NCBI GenBank assembly: GCA_043745805.1
Contig: JAYTSD010000020.1
Location: 128,001-192,000, forward strand
DNA: 64,000 nt
DNA from: Fibrobacteria bacterium
Lineage (GTDB): Bacteria > Fibrobacterota > Fibrobacteria > UBA11236
Direction of reading: 5' to 3'
The position numbers and the translations under genes are program-made. The notes beneath the pieces were generated by a model, which saw only the letters and a program-made list of their open reading frames with translations, was not told the DNA's origin and did not search any database. This document shows positions 8,723 to 18,289 of the stretch, piece by piece. Within the stretch, counting starts at the first letter, position 1. Each line of letters starts with the position of its first letter.

Positions 8723-10108
8723 ATTATTTCAAAATTAATTTCGACTAGTAAACAAAGGGGATATTCACTCAGTCTCTTTGTTATAGTTGCGCTTCTCTCT
8801 CTAGCATTAATGAGTTGTGCCGATAAGCATAGAGAAAATGAAATCAAAATCCTTTGGGCAAAATGGCCACCGGCTGATTATTTGTCTGAAATTGCGATGC
8901 AATTTACCCAACAAACCGGCTTTGCCGTTAAGGTGGTGCAAAAATCGTGGGACGGTGCTTTTGGTGACGCTACTTTTTCGGAATTCCGCAATCGCGCCGA
9001 CAATTACGATATCATTATTGGCGATAGTCAGTGGTTAGGATTAGGCGTTGTGGGCAAACATTATTTGGATCTTACCGATTGGTTACCGTCTAATGTAAAG
9101 ATGGATTCTATTGAGCCCGCAGCGTGGAAATGGTATAGTGAATATCCCAAAGGCAGTAAACGTTATTTTGCCGTGCCTTGCGAAGCCGATGCTTTAGCTT
9201 GGGCTTATCGTAAAGATTTATTTGAAAGTCCAGATCATCAAGCGGCGTTTAAAAGTTTCCTGAGTGAAAATAAAATTGCTGATTTTCCTTTAGCTCCACC
9301 GCAAACATGGGAGCAGCTTTATTGGATAGCAGCTTATTTCAAAAAAAATATTCCCGGCATGTCGGGTGTAGTAATGGTTACCTCCCGCAATTATGATATG
9401 GCGACTATGAGTTTTGAACAAGTGCTCTGGTCTTTTGGGGGTGAGTTTGGGAATTATGAAAACAATAAAGTCATGATTCAATCACCAGAATCTGTTAAAG
9501 CTTTATCTTTCTTCCGCAAATTAATGGAGACCACTTCCGATGGTGGAAAAAATATGAGTTATAGTGAAGTGGCTGCCGAATTTATTGCTGGCCGAGCCGC
9601 CATGGCTTGTGACTTCTTAGCCTTTTTTCCTGCGCTGGCAACGCCGCGTGAAAATCCTGATTATTATAATAAAACCGGATTTTTTAATGCGCCAGGACAT
9701 ACGGATGATAAAGGCATTTATCGTCGCGTAGTTTCTTTAGGCGGGCAAGGTATGAGTATTAATGCGCATATTAGTCCCGAAAGACAAGCGCGTGCGAAAG
9801 CTTTTTTAAAATGGTTTTCCCTTTCAGAAACGCAAAAAACTTGGGCGGAAAAAGGCGGTTATACTTCGGATAAAACAGTTTTAGCGAGTCCCACATTTTT
9901 AAAAGCAGCGCCATACAATCCCTTATTCGCCGACGCCTTTACCTCCATGAAAGATTTTTGGTCGGTACCGGAATTTGATGAATTGCTCAAAGTATGTCAA
10001 AGAGAATTTTGTTCAGTATTTCAAGATAATGCCGATCCAGTGCAGGCCATTGCCGAAATTCAAAAAGAACATGAAGCGATTTTTAATAAAAGAGCGGGAC
10101 GGAAGTGA
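8723..10108 (+). CDS. Sugar/polyol ABC transporter substrate-binding lipoprotein (start uncertain)
   Basis: SBP family 1 motifs (YDIIIGDSQWLG, AYRKDLF, PPQTWEQL). The frame is open upstream of ATG 8810 and encodes a lipoprotein signal peptide. Confidence 0.85.
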   Translation: MISKLISTSKQRGYSLSLFVIVALLSLALMSCADKHRENEIKILWAKWPPADYLSEIAMQFTQQTGFAVKVVQKSWDGAFGDATFSEFRNRADNYDIIIGDSQWLGLGVVGKHYLDLTDWLPSNVKMDSIEPAAWKWYSEYPKGSKRYFAVPCEADALAWAYRKDLFESPDHQAAFKSFLSENKIADFPLAPPQTWEQLYWIAAYFKKNIPGMSGVVMVTSRNYDMATMSFEQVLWSFGGEFGNYENNKVMIQSPESVKALSFFRKLMETTSDGGKNMSYSEVAAEFIAGRAAMACDFLAFFPALATPRENPDYYNKTGFFNAPGHTDDKGIYRRVVSLGGQGMSINAHISPERQARAKAFLKWFSLSETQKTWAEKGGYTSDKTVLASPTFLKAAPYNPLFADAFTSMKDFWSVPEFDELLKVCQREFCSVFQDNADPVQAIAEIQKEHEAIFNKRAGRK

Positions 10109-10995
10109 AAAATTCGGGTCGATTAATGTCGGATGCACGTGTACGTACCCTTTGTTTAGTACCGGCTTTAGGCTTACTCATTGTATTTAATATTTTCCCT
10201 TTACTCGCTTCGCTCAGTATTAGCTTCACCGATTTTAATCCGATTATCGATACGAGACCTCGTTGGGTGGGATTACAAAATTATTGGGATTTACTCAATA
10301 GTGCTCGTGATGAAGTGTGGATGAGTTTTTCGCGCACAGCCGCTTTGGTTATTGTAACGGTTGGGTTACAGACACTAATCGGTTTCTCCGTAGCTTTACT
10401 GTTACGTCGTTCTTTTCGTGGGCGCGGTTGGATTATGTCGGCCTTGCTTATTCCCATGATGCTATCTCCTGCTATTATGGGATCGTTTTGGCATTATATG
10501 TTTAATGCCGACTATGGAGTAATAAATTGGTTACTCGATACGCGTTGGAATTGGGATGGTTCACATTGGCGCTCCTTTGCGGCGGTAGTGATTGCGGAAG
10601 TGTGGATGTGGTCCCCTTTTATGATGCTCCTTTCACTCGGTGGATTAAACGGGATTTCGCCTGCGCTCTATGAAGCAGCGGAAGTGGATAGAGCGAGCCC
10701 TTGGTTTCAATTTCGACATATTACTTTGCCCTTGGCCATGCCTTTAGTTTTGCTGGGAATGATTTTTCGCGTGATGGATACCTTTCGCCTTTTCGATAGT
10801 GCGATGGTTTTAAATGGTAATCTCGAAGGACAACCGACCACATTTATTAGCGTACTCTTACATGCTCGTGGATTTGGGGGCAGCCGATCTTTAGGTGAAC
10901 CAACGGCTTTAGCTTATCTATTACTAATTGTGGCTTTAGCGATTGCTAATTTGGCAGTGCGTTATCTCGACTCTATTCGCGAAAAAAATACATGA
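10105..10995 (+). CDS. Carbohydrate ABC permease (MalF-like)
   Basis: EAA motif LYEAAEVDRASPWFQFRHITLP. Confidence 0.92.
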   Translation: MKNSGRLMSDARVRTLCLVPALGLLIVFNIFPLLASLSISFTDFNPIIDTRPRWVGLQNYWDLLNSARDEVWMSFSRTAALVIVTVGLQTLIGFSVALLLRRSFRGRGWIMSALLIPMMLSPAIMGSFWHYMFNADYGVINWLLDTRWNWDGSHWRSFAAVVIAEVWMWSPFMMLLSLGGLNGISPALYEAAEVDRASPWFQFRHITLPLAMPLVLLGMIFRVMDTFRLFDSAMVLNGNLEGQPTTFISVLLHARGFGGSRSLGEPTALAYLLLIVALAIANLAVRYLDSIREKNT

Positions 10996-11846
10996 AGCAC
11001 CAAACCAACCCATTGCGCATTTCCTTATTAATGCTTTATGCTTTCTTGGCCTTAGCGCCTATTATTTGGATGGTATTAACCAGTATCAAATTACCCGCAG
11101 ACACTGCGGCCTTACCACCGCGCATTTTCCCCGGCTTACAAGCGCCCGAAGATTCCTTTTGGTTTCGCTTCACTTGGATAAACTTTCAGCGCTTTTTCGC
11201 GGAAGGGGAAACTTTACAGTATTTGTTTAATTCTTTTTTTGTTTCCATTGTGAGCACTTTCACCTCGGTACTTTTTGGCACTTTGGCGGCTTATGGCTTT
11301 AGTCGTTTTCGTTTTCGCGGATCCAAGGATTGGCAATTTTTCATTTTGTCCACTCGCATGTTACCTCCTTTGGCGGTAGCGGTTCCCATTAGTTTTATGT
11401 ATAGCCGCATGGGTTTATACGACACGCGCTTTGGACTTATTTTGCTGTACACTTGTTTCAATCTTTCTTTTAGTACTTGGATGATGAAAGCTTTTTTAGA
11501 TGAAATCCCTTTGGCTTTTGAAGAGGCGGCTTTGTTAGATGGTTATTCCCGCTTTGCCATTTTACGCAAAATTATTATTCCACAAGCGAGTGCGGGAATT
11601 ACGGCTACGGCAGTATTCTGTTTGATTGCCTCTTGGAATGAATATGCTTTTGCTTTGACTTTAACCAGTACCCGTGCAGTTACTATGCCGGTACGTATTC
11701 ATGCCATTATTGGCGATACCAGCATTATCCCTTGGGGCCCCTTAGCTGCAGGGGCGGTATTATTTATGTGTCCCATGATTATCTTTGGTTTTTTCATGCG
11801 TAAACATTTATTACGGGGTATCACTTTTGGTACGGTTAAAGGTTGA
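10992..11846 (+). CDS. Carbohydrate ABC permease (MalG-like)
   Basis: FEEAALLDGYS EAA motif, SWNEY. Confidence 0.92.
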   Translation: MKHQTNPLRISLLMLYAFLALAPIIWMVLTSIKLPADTAALPPRIFPGLQAPEDSFWFRFTWINFQRFFAEGETLQYLFNSFFVSIVSTFTSVLFGTLAAYGFSRFRFRGSKDWQFFILSTRMLPPLAVAVPISFMYSRMGLYDTRFGLILLYTCFNLSFSTWMMKAFLDEIPLAFEEAALLDGYSRFAILRKIIIPQASAGITATAVFCLIASWNEYAFALTLTSTRAVTMPVRIHAIIGDTSIIPWGPLAAGAVLFMCPMIIFGFFMRKHLLRGITFGTVKG

Positions 11847-11848
11847 GC

Positions 11849-12004
11849 ATGAAAAGTAAATTAGAAAGACTCGCTTTAATGGCTATGGCCTTAGGACTTC
11901 TCATGGTGAGTCAACCTTGGATACATATTTTTTTCAGTTTGGGTTTTGTCGTTATTTTGCTGGGAATTATTTTATTTAATATTGCTGGAAGGCGTAAGGT
12001 TTAA
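11849..12004 (+). CDS. Small two-TM membrane protein (51 aa) within the ABC operon
   Basis: Not in ORF track. MKSKLERLALMAMALGLLMVSQPWIHIFFSLGFVVILLGIILFNIAGRRKV fills the gap with 2-3 nt spacers. Confidence 0.75.
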   Translation: MKSKLERLALMAMALGLLMVSQPWIHIFFSLGFVVILLGIILFNIAGRRKV

Positions 12005-12007
12005 AGC

Positions 12008-13129
12008 ATGAGCGATTGTCGTATTGCTTTGCAAAATGTTTCTAAGCGATTTGCTGCGGTAAATGCGGTTCAGAATTTGGATTTGGAAATTAATGCCGAA
12101 GAATTTGTGGTTTTGCTTGGGCCTAGCGGTTGTGGTAAAACCACTACTTTACGTATGATAGCCGGATTAGATTGGCCCACTGCAGGGCAAATATTAATTG
12201 ATGGCCAAGATAAAACTTTAGCTAAGCCGGGCGAGCGTGATATTGCCTTTGTATTCCAAAACTTTGCTTTGTATCCGCATTTAACCGTGGCTGAAAATAT
12301 TGCATTTCCTTTACGCGCACAAGGCCTCTCCGCCATGGAGCGCGATCTTCGTGTAGGCGACACATTGCGTAAATTTGGTTTAGCGTCCTATGCCAAATGG
12401 AAACCCAAACAGCTATCGAGTGGAGAGCAACAAAGAGTAAGCTTGGCGCGTGCGGTGGTACGAAATCCTAAAGCCTTTTTGATGGATGAGCCGCTTGGCA
12501 CCTTGGATGCCGAATTACGCGAACAAACGCGAGAACAATTACGCGCCTTGCATAATGAAATAAAAGCCACTACCGTTTTTGTGACGCATGATCAACAAGA
12601 AGCCATGAGTTTGGCGGATAGAATTGCCATTATGCAAAATGGCCGCTTATTACAATACGATACTCCCCGTAACGTGTATGCTAACCCTGCGCATTTATTT
12701 GTGGCGCATTTTATTGGATCGCCGGGGATGAATTTTATCGACGCGCGTCGACAAGGCGATATACTGCATTTACAAGATATGCCCATGCAAATTCATATTG
12801 CAGATGGACTTGCTTCTAAAAAATCAGTGGATCAAGGGCGTGAGGGTTTATTTCGTTTGGGCATTCGACCGGAACATATTTTGGTGAGTAGCTCGGAAGG
12901 CATGGCTTGCGTGGTTGAGCATACGGAAAGATTAGGCGCCTATAATTTAATGGAAGTTAAAGTGGCGAAGGGTTTTTTAAAAGCCCGTGTACCAGCCTAT
13001 CAATACTATGCAGACGGAGAAACGGTATATTTATCCTTTAATCCTTTTGGATGTCGTTGGTTTGATATTCAGAGCGAAAAAGCCTTGCCTTGGAAGTCAC
13101 TGGAGATTGTATGCCCAGCTATCAAGTAA
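12008..13129 (+). CDS. Sugar ABC ATPase (MalK-like) 1
   Basis: GPSGCGKT, LSSGEQQR, MDEP, C-terminal TOBE region. Confidence 0.93.
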   Translation: MSDCRIALQNVSKRFAAVNAVQNLDLEINAEEFVVLLGPSGCGKTTTLRMIAGLDWPTAGQILIDGQDKTLAKPGERDIAFVFQNFALYPHLTVAENIAFPLRAQGLSAMERDLRVGDTLRKFGLASYAKWKPKQLSSGEQQRVSLARAVVRNPKAFLMDEPLGTLDAELREQTREQLRALHNEIKATTVFVTHDQQEAMSLADRIAIMQNGRLLQYDTPRNVYANPAHLFVAHFIGSPGMNFIDARRQGDILHLQDMPMQIHIADGLASKKSVDQGREGLFRLGIRPEHILVSSSEGMACVVEHTERLGAYNLMEVKVAKGFLKARVPAYQYYADGETVYLSFNPFGCRWFDIQSEKALPWKSLEIVCPAIK

Positions 13130-14127
13130 TAGGTTTAAGTAAAAGTTTTCCACGCTATGATGGCGGTGAAACTATAACCGCTTTGCAAGAAATTCATTTT
13201 ACCGCCAAGCCGGGTGAATTACTCGTGCTATTAGGTCCAACCGGAGCGGGCAAAACCACTTTATTACGCACCTTGGCAGGTTTGGAAAAACCTAATGCGG
13301 GACAAATTTTAGAAGATCAAAAAGATATTACCCAATATCCACCGCATCATCGTGATGTCGCCATGGTATTTCAAAACTTTTCTTTATACCCAAATTTTAC
13401 CGTGCATGAAAATTTGGCTTTTCCTTTGCGTGCGAAATGGCGAGCGATCGCCGAAACTCAAATCGTAACCGCCGTGCAGGAAATTGCAACGATGTTGGGT
13501 TTACAGGACAAATTACAACGCCATCCTCAAGAGTTGTCTGGCGGCGAACAGCAGCGCGTAGCCATTGGCCGGGCTTTAATTCGAAAACCCAAATTATTTT
13601 TACTCGATGAACCTTTAGCGCATCTCGACGCAAAATTGCGGGAACAGATGATCAGCGATATTCATCATTTGCAGAGAAAATTAGGCGTAACCATGCTATA
13701 TGTTACCCATGATCAAATTGAAGCCATGAGTCTTGCGGATAGAATTGTGGCCATGGATAATGGCAAAGTTTTGCAAATTGGAACGCCCGATGAAATTTAT
13801 CAAAAACCGCGATCGGCTCGTGTAGCACGGATGTTGGGAAGTCCTATGATCAATTTATTTTCTCGCGATGAAGCCACACGCATGGGTATTAATTCACAGG
13901 GCTTTGCGCAAATCGGTGTGCGTCCTGAGCATGTTTTAGTGAAGCCTAATTTGCAAGGTCAAGCGCGAGTGAAGGTTTATGAAAATTTAGGAGCCATGGC
14001 GATTCTATTACTTGAATGGCAAGGGCTTTCCATCCGCGTTTTAACGGAAAGCTATTTGACCTTGCATTACGGGGATACCGTCGATATTAGTGTCGATGGC
14101 GATAAAATTTTATATCTCGAAGTGTAA
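13111..14127 (+). CDS. Sugar ABC ATPase (MalK-like) 2
   Basis: GPTGAGKT, LSGGEQQR, LDEP; GGAG SD before ATG 13111. Confidence 0.92.
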   Translation: MPSYQVIGLSKSFPRYDGGETITALQEIHFTAKPGELLVLLGPTGAGKTTLLRTLAGLEKPNAGQILEDQKDITQYPPHHRDVAMVFQNFSLYPNFTVHENLAFPLRAKWRAIAETQIVTAVQEIATMLGLQDKLQRHPQELSGGEQQRVAIGRALIRKPKLFLLDEPLAHLDAKLREQMISDIHHLQRKLGVTMLYVTHDQIEAMSLADRIVAMDNGKVLQIGTPDEIYQKPRSARVARMLGSPMINLFSRDEATRMGINSQGFAQIGVRPEHVLVKPNLQGQARVKVYENLGAMAILLLEWQGLSIRVLTESYLTLHYGDTVDISVDGDKILYLEV

Positions 14128-14191
14128 ATCTGAGAATTCTAATTCACAAAAAAGTATATTCGCTTAATCGTTAAGATTTTCTGGGGAATAA

Positions 14192-15364
14192 ATGCAATTC
14201 AATAAATTATTAATCCAAAGTTTTTGTGGCGTACTATTTTCTTTTGCGCTGGCTTTTGCTCATCCTTCTGGTGTATCCGTACTTGATATTCATATTGAAA
14301 AAGATTCTTTGCTTATGGGCGTTGTGGTTAAAGGTCCAGATGTTTTATATGCCTTAAATACCAATTCGACGCTATCTCGATCACCCGAAGAAATTATAGC
14401 CCTAAATGATCAAATCGCTGCGTATATGCAAAATCGCATTGCTTTGAAAATCGATAACAATCATCTTTCGGGAATGTCCGTGCGGAGTTGGACAAAGGAA
14501 AATAAGTCACCTACTAACCGTTTGGATAGTGCGCAATTAAATGATACTACTTATCAATTCGCATTAGTTTGGCCACTCCCTTTGAAGCATCAAAGATTAG
14601 AAATCAATGTGCGTATGTTTGCTGAATTTGAAATGCAAGTGGTATCGCAAGTATCCATATATTGGCAAAACCAAGTGGTGCAACGTAAGTGGTTAGGATT
14701 AGACGATAATTTATTAATAAATATTATGCCAGACTCTTTGCTTGCCCGATTAGCCACTGAAAAAAATCAAACGCCAACCGAAAAAAATACCGAGAGTAAA
14801 TCGGTTTTCTTACGCTTTGTTGGTTTAGGCTTCAAACATATTATTCCCTTGGGTATTGATCATATTTTGTTTGTACTCGGTTTATTTTTATTCTCGACCA
14901 AATTACGGCCCTTATTTATTCAAATCTCGGCTTTCACATTAGCGCATTCCATTACTTTGGCCTTAGCTATGTTAGGCTTGTTTTCTCTTCCTGCACGTAT
15001 CGTGGAACCGCTGATTGCTTTATCTATTGCGGTGGTAGCCATTGAGAATATATTCTTTCGCACTCTGCGACCTTGGCGTTGGATATTAGTTTTTTGTTTT
15101 GGACTCGTGCATGGGTTAGGTTTTGCTAGTGCGCTAAAAGATTTAGGTTTAGTCAAATCACAATTCCTTACCATTTTAGTAGGGTTTAATGTGGGAGTGG
15201 AAGTGGGGCAATTAACCGTAATTAGTGGCGCGACTTTGCTTACCATTTGGTTTTGGAAAAAGCGCTGGTATTTTAAGGGAATTGTTTTACCAGGTAGCAT
15301 AGGCATCGCCGCTATAGGGCTTTTCTGGGCGATTACTCGCGCTTTCGGTTTGAACTTCGGGTAA
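14192..15364 (+). CDS. HupE/UreJ-family protein with a periplasmic N-terminal domain
   Basis: Signal peptide ending AFAH; GIDHILF, FTLAHSITL, GLVHGLGFA, FNVGVEVGQ. Confidence 0.88.
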   Translation: MQFNKLLIQSFCGVLFSFALAFAHPSGVSVLDIHIEKDSLLMGVVVKGPDVLYALNTNSTLSRSPEEIIALNDQIAAYMQNRIALKIDNNHLSGMSVRSWTKENKSPTNRLDSAQLNDTTYQFALVWPLPLKHQRLEINVRMFAEFEMQVVSQVSIYWQNQVVQRKWLGLDDNLLINIMPDSLLARLATEKNQTPTEKNTESKSVFLRFVGLGFKHIIPLGIDHILFVLGLFLFSTKLRPLFIQISAFTLAHSITLALAMLGLFSLPARIVEPLIALSIAVVAIENIFFRTLRPWRWILVFCFGLVHGLGFASALKDLGLVKSQFLTILVGFNVGVEVGQLTVISGATLLTIWFWKKRWYFKGIVLPGSIGIAAIGLFWAITRAFGLNFG

Positions 15365-15387
15365 TTAAATTTTAATAATTAAAGTTT

Positions 15388-16344
15388 TTAAATAAGGCTT
15401 AAAACGAAAACCAAAAATATGCCGGTTACCCCATAAACCATGTGAATCATTCGCCTCACATCGAGTGATTCAACTTCTTCTTTATCTTGTGCATCACCCA
15501 ACCACAAAGTATTTACCAATTGGCCTTGTAACCAAATAGGTCCAGCTAATTTAATTTGCAAGGCAGCGGCCGCAGCCGTTTCACTCCAGCCTGCATTGGG
15601 TCCTGGCACTAAGGCGTGTTGCGCTAACCCAATACGCCAAGCCTTAGGTGCTGAGCAATTTCGCACACAAGCGGCATAAGCGGTAATTAATAACCAAGTC
15701 AAACGTGCAGGAATAAAATTCAGTACGTCATCGAAGCGCGCGCCAAAGCGGCCAAAATATAAATAGCGTTCATTTTTATAACCCACCATAGAGTCCATAG
15801 TGCTCACAATTTTAAAAAGTATCAATCCTGGCAAACCCAATAAGGCGAAATAAAAAAGCGGAGCAATCACTCCATCGGTTAAGTTTTCGCTGAGACTTTC
15901 AATGGCAGCGCGATTACAAGCGGCTAAATCCATTTTATCGGTATCTCTTCCCACTAGCATAGAAACAGCTTCGCGGGCTTTTTCCAAATTACCGCTGGTA
16001 GTAGCCTGCGCGATACGTAACCCATGCGTACACAAGTCTTTTAAGGAAAGTAGGCTATAGCCGATAAATAATTTCCAAGCATACGCCAGCGCAGGATGAA
16101 TCCAATTCAAAAAAAAGGAGAGGCCATAAATACCGCCAAATACCGAAAGGGTGAGAAATATAAAAAGTAAAATCCCGCCGACAATCCCAGTAAAACCTCG
16201 CAAGCGCAAATGCTTTTCCCAAAACAAAAGTAATTTTCCGATTATTCGAATAGGATGTCTAACATAAACGGGATCTCCAAAAATTAAATCTAGAACAATG
16301 CAAAGCAGAAAAAACCAAACGGATTCCGAAAAAAAAGTAAACAT
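15388..16344 (-). CDS. cbiB: Adenosylcobinamide-phosphate synthase CbiB/CobD
   Basis: DLIFGDP..HP, VGRDT, AIESLSENLTDG, TMDSMVGYK, DDVLNFIPARL, PNAGW. Confidence 0.95.
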   Translation of the reverse strand: MFTFFSESVWFFLLCIVLDLIFGDPVYVRHPIRIIGKLLLFWEKHLRLRGFTGIVGGILLFIFLTLSVFGGIYGLSFFLNWIHPALAYAWKLFIGYSLLSLKDLCTHGLRIAQATTSGNLEKAREAVSMLVGRDTDKMDLAACNRAAIESLSENLTDGVIAPLFYFALLGLPGLILFKIVSTMDSMVGYKNERYLYFGRFGARFDDVLNFIPARLTWLLITAYAACVRNCSAPKAWRIGLAQHALVPGPNAGWSETAAAAALQIKLAGPIWLQGQLVNTLWLGDAQDKEEVESLDVRRMIHMVYGVTGIFLVFVLSLI

Positions 16345-16349
16345 TTAAA

Positions 16350-17528
16350 TCAAGTCCATTTTTCCTGCCAACCCAAAGCTAAGGCTTTAAAAACCAAGTT
16401 TGGAAAATCAATCGAATTTGTCGCCCATTCCGCTAATTGCCTGCGCATGGAGGGGTAACATTCTGGTTTACAAGCTAAACACGAAGCCAATAAAGCGGCC
16501 TGTTGAATCAGTAATTCATGTCCTGCGCTTTCGGGCAGCACTTTATAAATAATTCTGTCGCGTATTTCCGCCAAAGCATACGCACAACCGACCGTTTGCG
16601 GTTCATGTACCAAGGCTTGATAATTATCTTGGGCGCGTGCAAAATTTTCTGGAGACAAAATTTTTTGCAAACCGGCAATTAAAGTTATATCATCCACACC
16701 GAAGCGTCTTAAGGCATGCACTAAATTTCTTGTTAAAGCAGGCTCCAAACCATTTTGCCAAATCAAAGCTTGTCGCAAAGCCTTCATCATCGCTTGCGCT
16801 AAAATTTCTCCCAATTTTCCATGCTTCCCAGTCCAAGTTTTAGGAATTCTATCATCTATTGGCGCCGCCAAACAAAATTGATCGGTTCCCGTTCCGGTGG
16901 CCAGGCCTTGCGAGGAGCGGCTCGATATGGCAAGCTCTAGTAATACAGCACTTTTTGCTTCAGTCATGGTGGCCACGGCGCGAGTTAAAGCCGCGGGTGC
17001 TAAAGGCCAATTAAAAAGCAAAAGCGTATTAATTGTTCCGCCCTCCGCATGTACTTTGTGCCATTGATTTTCCCCTTCGTGCCAAAGTGCCTTATCGCCA
17101 GCGCGTCCGGCATTGCCTTGTACACCAGCTGTTACGATGGCGCAGACAGAAATTTCCGCATAACTTTCTTCCACGATGGCCACATTTTGCATATTGGCGG
17201 CGGTACCCATCACGGCTGTTTCAAGTTCAGGCAAGCTTGTTTCGGCACATACTTGGCGATGATATTCTTCGCGAGGTAAATCATGATAAGGACCACTATG
17301 CCCTTTTCCTTCACAACTTTGATGATTGAGGAGGTAACGTAGATGTTTATTTTGCCCACCATTTATCTGTGAGGTGGTTAATGTAAGATGAGGTCCATGC
17401 AATTCACTCCACAAAAATTTGCCTTGGCGAAATACGGTAAAATATTTTCCTTGATGTATAGATAAAGCTTGGGATAAAGCCTGAGACGGTACTTCTGTGT
17501 TACCTTGATTCGAAATAGATTCCTTCAT
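16350..17528 (-). CDS. cbiZ: Adenosylcobinamide amidohydrolase CbiZ with C-terminal extension
   Basis: MGTAANM, TAGVQGNA, GTINT, TEAKS, ATGTGTD motifs; cobalamin operon context. Confidence 0.88.
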   Translation of the reverse strand: MKESISNQGNTEVPSQALSQALSIHQGKYFTVFRQGKFLWSELHGPHLTLTTSQINGGQNKHLRYLLNHQSCEGKGHSGPYHDLPREEYHRQVCAETSLPELETAVMGTAANMQNVAIVEESYAEISVCAIVTAGVQGNAGRAGDKALWHEGENQWHKVHAEGGTINTLLLFNWPLAPAALTRAVATMTEAKSAVLLELAISSRSSQGLATGTGTDQFCLAAPIDDRIPKTWTGKHGKLGEILAQAMMKALRQALIWQNGLEPALTRNLVHALRRFGVDDITLIAGLQKILSPENFARAQDNYQALVHEPQTVGCAYALAEIRDRIIYKVLPESAGHELLIQQAALLASCLACKPECYPSMRRQLAEWATNSIDFPNLVFKALALGWQEKWT

Positions 17529-18289
17529 TTGCCTTCTCCTCCAATAAGTGCATCCAAAGAAAATAGTTTACGAAACTCCGCATCTTCTCGAAACTCCTTC
17601 GCGGAACCCTTTTGCAAAAGACCTCCCGGATGGAGTAACCAAATTTGGTCTACCGCCTTCAAAACTAATTCAGGATCGTGCGCAGAAAATAAAATACCTT
17701 GGGAAGTTTCTCGCGTTAATTTTCTAAGCAATTGCAATACTTCCACTTTATGCGGCCAATCTAAAAAGGCTAAAGGTTCGTCTAAAATTAGTACGGGGGT
17801 TTGTTGGGCTAAACAACGGGCGAGTAACACCCTTTGTTTTTCTCCATCGCTGAGTTCCGAAAAAAGTCGCGCGGATAAATTAGTGACATCTAAGGCTTGT
17901 AAAGAATTACTAATAATAGTTTCATCCGCTTCCGAAAGGTTTCCCCAATAATCGGTATGTGGATGCCGACCTAAAGCCACTAATTCGTAAACTTTTATTT
18001 CGCCCCATGCTATTCTATCGGTAAGTAATACTGCCAATATTTTTGCGCGCTCGGAAGCGCTATATTGCACCAGCAAATCTCCAGTAACATTAATGTAACC
18101 TGCAAGGCTGTTTTGTAATCCCGCTAGCGTGCGCAATAAAGTAGATTTACCCGCGCCATTATAGCCCAATAAACCAATTAATTCTCCGGAACGGATTTGT
18201 AAATTTAAAGCTTGTGCTAAGATCCGATTTTTTCCATGCTGAGTATAACCGATAGCTAAATCATGAGCATCCAATAAAAGAGATTTCAA
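17525..18289 (-). CDS. Cobalamin/Fe-siderophore ABC ATPase (BtuD-like)
   Basis: GYNGAGKST, LSDGEKQR, LDEP; TTG start overlaps the permease stop. The ORF-track start 18580 is over-extended. Confidence 0.88.
   Translation of the reverse strand: MKSLLLDAHDLAIGYTQHGKNRILAQALNLQIRSGELIGLLGYNGAGKSTLLRTLAGLQNSLAGYINVTGDLLVQYSASERAKILAVLLTDRIAWGEIKVYELVALGRHPHTDYWGNLSEADETIISNSLQALDVTNLSARLFSELSDGEKQRVLLARCLAQQTPVLILDEPLAFLDWPHKVEVLQLLRKLTRETSQGILFSAHDPELVLKAVDQIWLLHPGGLLQKGSAKEFREDAEFRKLFSLDALIGGEGK

Noticed and set aside
17461-17484. 12-bp duplication near the cbiZ 5' end (SQALSQAL)
   Set aside because: In-frame, in a variable N-terminus; probably neutral.
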